This document shows positions 56,673-64,000 of a stretch of 64,000 nucleotides of DNA, one piece after another. Location: NCBI GenBank assembly GCA_963804975.1, contig CAWDSG010000002.1, positions 494,224 to 558,223 on the forward strand, read 5' to 3'. Position 1 is the stretch's first letter; every line of letters begins with the position of its first letter. The notes below the pieces were generated by a model. That model saw only the letters and a program-made list of their open reading frames with translations, was not told the origin of the DNA and made no database searches. The position numbers and the translations under genes are program-made. The stretch is from an uncultured bacterium. GTDB lineage: Bacteria; Patescibacteriota; Minisyncoccia; Phycocordibacterales; GWA1-40-21.

Positions 56673-59087
56673 TTAAATCTTGAAATCAAGATTGAGAATT
56701 CCTTTGGCGACGTCAAGAACAGATGTCTTCAAAACCTCGGTATATGTTTCGTCGTCATTCTTCTTTTCCACCTTGATATAATATTTCCCATTCGGCAGAA
56801 GCGCGTAATAACCTCCGAATTTATCGGCTATTTTCTTTGCAAACGGAGCATCTTCGCCTTCCCTGAAAATATTCACTATGGCGAACGATAAAGGAATATT
56901 CGTGTTTTTTTCCGCAATCCTGCCTGATTTCTTGGTTTTAAAGACGACATAATTCAAAACATAAGCCACAACGTATAATCCGAATATTATGTAATTGTAA
57001 GGCACCGGCGCATAAATCAAAGCAATAAGGGAAACTATGGCGCCTATGGAAAATAGAATTTTGGATATCCTCGCCCAAGTCACATCGCTGCCTTTCATAA
57101 ATTTATTCACGTCCATCTTGGTCTTGGCAAATTCGTTCCAATTGAACGACAGAGGATCCATCGGAATATTCTTTGTTATCGTTTCGTTTTCGTTTATAAT
57201 CACGAGCTCTCCTCCGAAATACAAGTCATTGTAAACTTCATCAAATAATTTACCCATCATTTTCAGCGAAGGCGAAGTGTAATTTGTCTTTTTTGTTTCT
57301 ATCCTATATTTGCCCGGGAGCACCAGAAATCCGTATCTTCCGTCAATATCAGTTATAGCCGAGTCCACTTCCACATTCGTTTCAGTGTTTATAAGCGACA
57401 CTACCGCAGGATCAAGCGGTCTTTTTGTGATTGAATCGTACACGGTGCCCCAAGGGCGATTTTTCCTCTTCAGGCCGGACAATTCAAGAAAGAATCCGAG
57501 AAGGCGCAGAAAAGACAGCCAAAAATCGGAAATTGAAACCGATGCGGCAGCTACAGGCAGTGATAATCCGGTAGCGACACCCAAAGTGGAAATTGTTTTT
57601 GTAACAGCAGAACCTGTATCTGTGTTTACGAATTGCTTGGTGCCCTCAGCGATATCTTTTGCCACAGAAAAAGGATTGCTGATAATATCTTTCACTCCGT
57701 TTGTTAAGCCGTTGATTAAATCTCCAACCACTCCGCTAAAATTATTTACAATGGAGTTTAATTCATTGGTTAAAGCGGGAGGTATCAATGGGTTTTGATT
57801 ATTAGGATTTTTGGGATTATTAATCGGAGAAGAAACCACATTAACCGTTCTCGTCACGGTTGAAACATTTCCCGCCTCATCGGTGGCTGTATAAGTAATC
57901 TCGTATGTGCCTGGTTTGCTTGTGTCTACATTGTTTGAAATTACATAGGCAGGAACCGATCCGCTTACATTATCAAACGCTGTCGCTCCTTCATCAGTGT
58001 ATGTTGAACCGACAGTTATGGTTATCGGGGTGCCTCCTGTGACAGTAATTACCGGAGGAATATTATCTGTTGATGTGCTTTCTTCAACTACATAAACTTT
58101 TCTTGTGGCATTTGCAATATTTCCCGCCGTGTCGGTAGCTTCGTATTCAACAAAGTATGTCCCGAGAATATTTGTGTCAACATTGTTAAAAATTATAACA
58201 ACTGGAACTTTTCCATCCGTATTATCCATTGCTGTTGCGCCTTTATCCACATAATTTGAATTTAAAAAAACCGTTGTTGGAGTACCACCTGTTACTGTAA
58301 TAACGGGCGGAATATTGTCTATTATTGGAGCCGCAATGATTTCTACTGTTCTTGTTGCCACCGCCATATTTCCAGCATTGTCAGAAACTTTATAAACAAT
58401 TGAAAATGTTCCCGTCGCTGAAGTGTTGATCGGAAGGCCGGTAATATTTATCCTTGAAGTAACGTTTCCGTCTTCATTATCCGTTGCCGTTGCGCCGGCA
58501 TCAATATAAGTATCTCCAACTGTAAGTAAAATTGTGATATTGCCGTTTATTGTGATAACGGGAGGAGTAGTGTCAAGTATCAGAACTCCGCCGCCGCCGC
58601 CAGTCGGTGGGTGAGGAGGAGTGGTAGTTCCCGGCCTCCAATCAGTTTCAACGTCGCAATGAGTGCAATTAAAAGTCAGAATGCCGATTATTGTACCTGT
58701 AGCGGTTCCGGAAAATTTACCTGTAGTCGTATTGATTGATACTCCCGAAAAACCGATCCAGCCGATATTACTTCCCCATGCAGTGCCTGAAAGATGGCCG
58801 TGTCCGTCATTTATCACCCCGCCATTTAGCGGAGCAAAATTGATCCAGCCATAATTTTGCGACCAGGCAGAACCTGTTAAAGTAGAGTCAGTTACATATA
58901 CGCCTTCGTATGCTTCGTTATTTGAATTTATCGGAGCAAAATTTACCCAGCCGATATTATTGCTCCAAGCGGCGTTTGTGGTAGTTCCTATGGTGCCGGT
59001 TGCCGCATGAGAAATTGCCGGAAATAAAAAAATCAGTAAAATAATAAAACCGAAATGACAGAATTTATTTTGAAAAAAATCACGCAT
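56673..59087 (-). CDS. surface protein with three DUF5011-like Ig domains, an N-terminal GW(I/V)NF repeat region, a CarboxypepD_reg-like domain and C-terminal TM helices
   Basis: Signal peptide. Three copies of PPVITVTGG…YTDEGATAxDN…GTYxVxYxATDxAGN. A RYGFLVLPGKYRIE segment. Confidence 0.6.
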   Translation of the reverse strand: MRDFFQNKFCHFGFIILLIFLFPAISHAATGTIGTTTNAAWSNNIGWVNFAPINSNNEAYEGVYVTDSTLTGSAWSQNYGWINFAPLNGGVINDGHGHLSGTAWGSNIGWIGFSGVSINTTTGKFSGTATGTIIGILTFNCTHCDVETDWRPGTTTPPHPPTGGGGGVLILDTTPPVITINGNITILLTVGDTYIDAGATATDNEDGNVTSRINITGLPINTSATGTFSIVYKVSDNAGNMAVATRTVEIIAAPIIDNIPPVITVTGGTPTTVFLNSNYVDKGATAMDNTDGKVPVVIIFNNVDTNILGTYFVEYEATDTAGNIANATRKVYVVEESTSTDNIPPVITVTGGTPITITVGSTYTDEGATAFDNVSGSVPAYVISNNVDTSKPGTYEITYTATDEAGNVSTVTRTVNVVSSPINNPKNPNNQNPLIPPALTNELNSIVNNFSGVVGDLINGLTNGVKDIISNPFSVAKDIAEGTKQFVNTDTGSAVTKTISTLGVATGLSLPVAAASVSISDFWLSFLRLLGFFLELSGLKRKNRPWGTVYDSITKRPLDPAVVSLINTETNVEVDSAITDIDGRYGFLVLPGKYRIETKKTNYTSPSLKMMGKLFDEVYNDLYFGGELVIINENETITKNIPMDPLSFNWNEFAKTKMDVNKFMKGSDVTWARISKILFSIGAIVSLIALIYAPVPYNYIIFGLYVVAYVLNYVVFKTKKSGRIAEKNTNIPLSFAIVNIFREGEDAPFAKKIADKFGGYYALLPNGKYYIKVEKKNDDETYTEVLKTSVLDVAKGILNLDFKI

Positions 59088-59096
59088 ATTTATATA

Positions 59097-62000
59097 TTAT
59101 TGATCATTAACCGAAATGGAGTAATTTGTTGTCTGCTCTCCGTAAGCTACGGTGAGTGTTTCGCTTGCGGTTGTGGTTGATGAATCGAATCCTGTTATGT
59201 CCTCAGGCGTGATAGGTTTGATTGAAGTTGAACCATCGGAATAAGTTCCGGTAACGACAAGGCCTGCGATATCAAGGGTGTCGCCAATGATGTAAACAAG
59301 TTTGTCTGCCGGAGTTGTGATTGCAATACTCAATAAAGTCGGTGGCGATGGAATCGGATTATTATCGGAATCGCCGGATGATATTACTGTAACGGTTGTT
59401 GAAGCGGAAAGATTTCCGACAGTCGCGGTAATGATTACAGTTCCAGTTGAAGATGCGGTAAAGATTCCTGCCAGCGGATCAATCGTGCCAACCGAATCAT
59501 CCGAAATTGCCCATGCGGTTGTTGTTGAAAGTGTTATTCCGTTTTGATCGGTTATATAAAATGAGGTGGAAGAACCAATAGAAACATTTGTATTATAAGG
59601 AATTATATTTATTGAGGTAGTTGTTGAATTTGAATTTGAAGCTGGTATATTTGCATTTCCTGAAGAATTTCCTCCTGAGTTCAGGACTGAAGCAGTGCTG
59701 TCAGCATTTGTTGAAGAATTTTGTATTTCGCAAGCCCCAAGTTTATTAACCAAGATGCCATTATCAATAATTACGCAATATTCCTGTCCTGTAGATTTAT
59801 CATACATCGTAATCCCTTCCGGTTTCCCGCTTGTGCCAATTGCAATGCCCGTAAGATGAGCCAGTCCGTTTTCAACTTTTATTATGAACGAGCCGATTTC
59901 TTTTATGGCATTGACGAGAGCAGCGATGATCGTCCTGTCTGTAATGGCCAGATATCCTCTTGTGTCAGTGGCTACAGCTTCAGGAATGGCAAGCTGCATG
60001 TTTTGGGCTGAAAATCCTGAGTAGACATTTGCCGTATCATATCCCGTTCCCGGTTTCCATGTATAGTTGATGGAATTAATTTTCATTACATCGGATAAGC
60101 TTCTTTCATACGGACCTTGAATGTTTTTCAGTATTTCATCTGATTCTCCGCCTGGAATTATATTTCCCTGAATATCTACTGTGATTTCAGCCATTGTACT
60201 GCTTGAAAGGCTCATGATCTGAATGGTGCCTGTGGCAACTGTCAGTGTAGCTTCCGGAGTTGAGGTGCCAATACCGACATTGCCTGCACTTGTGATAGTA
60301 AACAATCTTTCATTGCTTGATGAAGAAACTGCGAAAAGATCTGTGGTTGGTGAAGAGCTTGTGCCGTAGATATCAAGAACGGCAGAAGGAGTTGAAGTTC
60401 CAATTCCTAAAGTTGTAGTTATAATGCCAGATCCAAAATTTAAATTGCCGTCTGGTGTTAAAGTGATTTCCGCTTGTTGAACAGCCGGAGTAAGATATCG
60501 AATTATAACAATACCACTGCCTCCGGATCCAGGCGTACCAGTATGCGAACCGCCGCCTCCTCCTCCAAGGTTTGAAGTTCCGTTTTCTCCGCTGACAGGT
60601 CCTGCCGTTAAAGCTCCATCTCCTCCGCCGCCAAGCCCGCCAGTCCCTCCTGCGGCTCCTTGATCGGTTGCAGTTCCTCCTCCGCCTCCAGCATAATAAA
60701 CTTCGGCACCAGTAATTGAAGACGTAGTTCCGATTCCACCGTTTCCTGATTGATCTGTTGTATAGTCATCGCCCGGACCCCCTGCTCCGCCTCCGCCTCC
60801 AGTTTCATAAGTTCCAGCAAGACCGTGTCCGTCTCCTCCGTCATAACCTTGGCCTTCAGTTCCTGTTCCCCCGCTTGCGCAAGAAATACCTCCTCCACCT
60901 CCGGATCCTCCATCACCACTTGAAGAAGTACAACCATGGCCTCCGCCAATAGCTGTAAAACCATTTAAAGAAGAATCTTGGCCGTTTGTTCCCGCTGCAC
61001 CGCCATTACCCACGGTAACACTATAACTTCCCGCTAAAGACATACTTGAAGAAGATATAACTCCGCCTCCGCCTCCGCCTCCGCCCGGAGCACCTCCTCC
61101 CCCTCCGCCTCCGCCTCCAGCAACAATCAAAATGCTATAATCGGAAACCAGCGGAGAAGCTGTAAAAGTTCCGGATGATGTAAATGTGTGAACAGTGTAA
61201 GCGCCATCAGTTGTAATAGTTCCGCCAGTCCCAAGAGGATTATTACCAATCACTAATGAATCATCAACATTGACTGTTCCGCCCGTTAATGTACTTGCTG
61301 TTATATCAGGAATACTTAAACTGCTTACGCTCGTTGTTCCTATGATAATTCCGCCTTGTATAGTTAGAGCATTTTCCGCATTAATACTGGCTGTGATACC
61401 TGCCATCGGTGTTGTTGTTCCCACCGAATATCCTAAAGCATCTATACCCTGAGGCGCTAATAATGTTCCGGATTTTGCTAACAGGTAAGTTAACCACGTT
61501 GAACTGGAATAACCAGTTAGCCGGATTCCTCCGTTAGTGAAATCGTATATATATGTCTCCAGAGTGCTTGCATCGGTTGTCAGGCCACTGGAAGGAGATC
61601 CTACTCCATTTCCAAAATTATATCCGTAACTACTACCATATAAACTCAGTGCCCCTTTTTGTAAATTAACTTTTTCACCAAAAGTATTTTCTTTGGCTTT
61701 ATCGTTGGCCTTTGAGACAGCCATACTTAAAATTTTATTCAAACTATTTTGATCGGTAAGTTTGATGACATTAGCGACATTTGGATCAATAGTATCTGTT
61801 TTAACTGGCACTTCTGTTCCCCAATCTATTAAATCAGTAGATTCTTTGTAAAATGCATTATTGTGGGTCTTGTCCAAATCTGCGTAGTAAATTCTCCATG
61901 TAACTGGTGTTGTCGGCAATTGAACAAAAGAATAACCTTCGTAAAGTCCATTCCAATGCGGCGCAACCGGATTAAGTGTGGTGTAAGGGCCGGTAAGATT

Positions 62001-64000
62001 GGAGGAGGTTGCTTCCCGGTCCGGTCCGCTTTCCAAATAAAATAAATAGTATGTTGAATCTTTTTTAACAATCACAGGTTCGTCGATTGAAGCTGCTCCG
62101 TTAAAATCTCCAGTCAATGCTACGGGAGCGCTCCACGAAGTGAGATCCGAATTTTGTGCTTGTGTAATCCACAGAGAAAGATTGTCCCCAGAGGTTGTCG
62201 CGCTGGCAAAAGTAATATAAACATTATCACCCTCAACATACCAAGCTGCATTGACAGAATAACCATATCCGGGATTAGTGGTGGAAGCAACAAAAGTCCA
62301 GTTGGTCAAATCATCTGATGAAATAATCGAAAATGTAGGACTCCAAGAACCGTCTATGTAGCAAATCCAATATTTTCCGTGATAGTAAAGCGGAACAGGA
62401 TTCCAAATAAAATCTGTATAAACGGGAGAAGTATCTAATAAATTAAAGCTTAAACCGTCATTTGATACCAGAAGATTCATAACCTGAGTTTGTCCCGGCG
62501 TCGTAACCATTAAATAAATAGGTTGGTTTAATGTTGAGTCCGTACCGGAAGAAGTTGTTGCTACAACATTTCCGCCTGAATCAACAGCAAGATATGCATT
62601 TGAAAGATTTGAAATATTTAAAGCTGATGTGGTTGTAGTGCCTATAAAGTTGCCGTTTACAAAATAACTGTTTTTATTTTGAACTAAATCATTAATACTA
62701 GATTGCATAATTGATCCAACCAGTGCATAGCCGGTATCAGTTAAATGAACTCCGTCTCCTGAGAAATAAGTTGTGCTGGCGTAAGCGCCGTCCGCGCCTA
62801 AGTCATTGTTTGCAGCCAAATCAGCCAAACCGTCAGCAAACTCCGGCCAATCCGCTCTGATCAGATTATTATATAAATTCTTTTGGTCATCCAATCCGAC
62901 GCGGGAAATCATTGTTGCAACCAGCACTTTGAAGCCCAGTGCTTTTTCATGCTGTCCAAATGCTTTTAGATAAGAAAATGTAGTTGAAGCGGTAGAACCG
63001 GAGAAAAGATCGTTGGTTCCGCCCCATATAACAGCAATATTCATTCCTGAGTTAATACTATAGAGAGGATTGAGATTGCTGTAGGCCTGCTGATACATTG
63101 TCTGTAATGTTCTGCCGGAAACTCCGATATTAGAAGAAGTAAAACTTTGGCCATTCCAAGTTGGCAATGTAATATAATAATCGTAAGGATACGTGCCGTT
63201 AACGCCAACTGTTAAAGAATCTCCCACATAAACAATATTCGGGCTGCTACTGCTATCATTACCGATATAAAAATCTCCAGAACGGCTAATGCCGTTTACG
63301 TCTAATGTATAAAGAGGTGTTGTCGTGCCGATACCAATATTGCCATTAGTATCAATTACGAAACGAGGAAGCACTGCGGCTTGATCAAAAATATAATATT
63401 TATCGGCTAGATTATATGCCGACTCAGATGCGTTACCAACACCGGTAAGATAAGTTCGGCCGGTGCCGACATATTTCATTTGAGTATAACCATCTGCACT
63501 AAGATTTTGGAGAGCAAGTAAAGGAGTAGAGGCAGTAGTGCCGTATAAATCCAATGGGCTCTCAGGAGTTGTTGTACCGATACCAACGTTACCGCTAGTA
63601 TCAATAGTGAAACGAGGAAGTCCGGCGTTTTGATCAAAAATGTAGTATTTGTCAGCTAAACTGTATGCCGACTCAGATGCGTTACCAACACCGGTAAGAT
63701 AATTCCTGCCGGTACCGGTATATTGCATTTGAGTATAACCGGTAGCACTAAGATTCTGGAGAGTAAACAAGGGAGCATTGTCCACAGTGCCGGATAAATA
63801 CAATAAATTTTCAGGTGTAGTCGTCCCAATCCCCACATTTCCTGTAAAGTCGGCATTTCCTGCGACCGTCAATAAATTGGAGGGAGTTGTTGTGCCTATT
63901 CCCATATTTCCATCCGCAGTAAAGACGGTGTTGAGATTTCCGGAAGAATTATAAATATCAAGAACATCTGCAGTTGCTCCCCCGTCAGGAACAAGGGCCA
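59097..64000 (-). CDS. large surface protein, 5'-partial (at least 1602 aa), paralogous in architecture to the 5152-aa protein. Has an SGNH/GDSL esterase domain plus a beta-propeller glycoside-hydrolase-like domain.
   Basis: The reading frame stays open to the window edge. GIGTTTP repeats, GDSLT/GGTND/DGVHLT SGNH blocks, a beta-propeller-like region (DEPVIVKKDSTYYLFY), the GGGGGGGGGAPGGGGGGGG…IVIIRY module, the ESDEILKNIQ…MKINSINYTWK S74-like chaperone segment and a C-terminal Big_2 domain. Confidence 0.75.
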   Translation of the reverse strand, partial: ALVPDGGATADVLDIYNSSGNLNTVFTADGNMGIGTTTPSNLLTVAGNADFTGNVGIGTTTPENLLYLSGTVDNAPLFTLQNLSATGYTQMQYTGTGRNYLTGVGNASESAYSLADKYYIFDQNAGLPRFTIDTSGNVGIGTTTPESPLDLYGTTASTPLLALQNLSADGYTQMKYVGTGRTYLTGVGNASESAYNLADKYYIFDQAAVLPRFVIDTNGNIGIGTTTPLYTLDVNGISRSGDFYIGNDSSSSPNIVYVGDSLTVGVNGTYPYDYYITLPTWNGQSFTSSNIGVSGRTLQTMYQQAYSNLNPLYSINSGMNIAVIWGGTNDLFSGSTASTTFSYLKAFGQHEKALGFKVLVATMISRVGLDDQKNLYNNLIRADWPEFADGLADLAANNDLGADGAYASTTYFSGDGVHLTDTGYALVGSIMQSSINDLVQNKNSYFVNGNFIGTTTTSALNISNLSNAYLAVDSGGNVVATTSSGTDSTLNQPIYLMVTTPGQTQVMNLLVSNDGLSFNLLDTSPVYTDFIWNPVPLYYHGKYWICYIDGSWSPTFSIISSDDLTNWTFVASTTNPGYGYSVNAAWYVEGDNVYITFASATTSGDNLSLWITQAQNSDLTSWSAPVALTGDFNGAASIDEPVIVKKDSTYYLFYLESGPDREATSSNLTGPYTTLNPVAPHWNGLYEGYSFVQLPTTPVTWRIYYADLDKTHNNAFYKESTDLIDWGTEVPVKTDTIDPNVANVIKLTDQNSLNKILSMAVSKANDKAKENTFGEKVNLQKGALSLYGSSYGYNFGNGVGSPSSGLTTDASTLETYIYDFTNGGIRLTGYSSSTWLTYLLAKSGTLLAPQGIDALGYSVGTTTPMAGITASINAENALTIQGGIIIGTTSVSSLSIPDITASTLTGGTVNVDDSLVIGNNPLGTGGTITTDGAYTVHTFTSSGTFTASPLVSDYSILIVAGGGGGGGGGAPGGGGGGGGVISSSSMSLAGSYSVTVGNGGAAGTNGQDSSLNGFTAIGGGHGCTSSSGDGGSGGGGGISCASGGTGTEGQGYDGGDGHGLAGTYETGGGGGAGGPGDDYTTDQSGNGGIGTTSSITGAEVYYAGGGGGTATDQGAAGGTGGLGGGGDGALTAGPVSGENGTSNLGGGGGGSHTGTPGSGGSGIVIIRYLTPAVQQAEITLTPDGNLNFGSGIITTTLGIGTSTPSAVLDIYGTSSSPTTDLFAVSSSSNERLFTITSAGNVGIGTSTPEATLTVATGTIQIMSLSSSTMAEITVDIQGNIIPGGESDEILKNIQGPYERSLSDVMKINSINYTWKPGTGYDTANVYSGFSAQNMQLAIPEAVATDTRGYLAITDRTIIAALVNAIKEIGSFIIKVENGLAHLTGIAIGTSGKPEGITMYDKSTGQEYCVIIDNGILVNKLGACEIQNSSTNADSTASVLNSGGNSSGNANIPASNSNSTTTSINIIPYNTNVSIGSSTSFYITDQNGITLSTTTAWAISDDSVGTIDPLAGIFTASSTGTVIITATVGNLSASTTVTVISSGDSDNNPIPSPPTLLSIAITTPADKLVYIIGDTLDIAGLVVTGTYSDGSTSIKPITPEDITGFDSSTTTASETLTVAYGEQTTNYSISVNDQ

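Overview
This 64 kb window is AT-rich and densely packed with genes, mostly on the minus strand. Its content fits a reduced-genome bacterium, possibly of the Patescibacteria/CPR type. Supporting features are a short ValRS (732 aa), an N-terminally truncated IF-2 (508 aa), giant repetitive surface proteins and tRNA genes without encoded CCA. The last three features come from sequence inspection; the lineage call is inference.

Recognisable housekeeping genes are tsaD, valS, a PrsW-like protease, hsp20, a glutaredoxin, lepA, clpB, a cysteine desulfurase, infB-rbfA, glmS, a class II-like ribonucleotide reductase, htpX, a NUDIX hydrolase, lemA, secG, an oligopeptide-type ABC substrate-binding protein and RNase J. 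Eleven tRNA genes are present: Phe, Arg, Gly, Tyr, Cys, Leu-TAA, Leu-TAG, Lys, Ser and two others listed in the features. None encodes its 3' CCA.

The accessory content is the more interesting part.

1. A GC-rich IS110-family insertion lies between the glutaredoxin gene and tRNA-Gly. Both of its roughly 370 bp non-coding ends carry copies of a three-hairpin structured module whose stems show compensatory base changes. This is a candidate bridge/seek-RNA region.

2. A four-gene operon encodes three membrane-anchored cohesin-like proteins plus a secreted FN3-dockerin protein.

3. A 5152-aa surface protein and a second protein of at least 1602 aa (it runs off the window end) share a phage-tailspike/depolymerase-like architecture. 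The shared parts are tail-fibre-like GIGTTTP/FASTSW repeats, a beta-helix or SGNH plus beta-propeller enzyme domain, an unusual poly-glycine module, a peptidase-S74-like chaperone segment and Big_2 domains. The larger gene contains perfect 501 bp and 867 bp intragenic tandem repeats.

4. Two families of small palindromic repeats are scattered through the window. One is a roughly 120 bp MITE-like element with terminal inverted repeats. The other is a nested GC-rich CCCCGAGGTT/AACCTCGGGG hairpin that also serves as a terminator.

5. The 550 bp gap between tsaD and valS carries promoter and terminator signals consistent with an unannotated ncRNA plus a short terminated leader.
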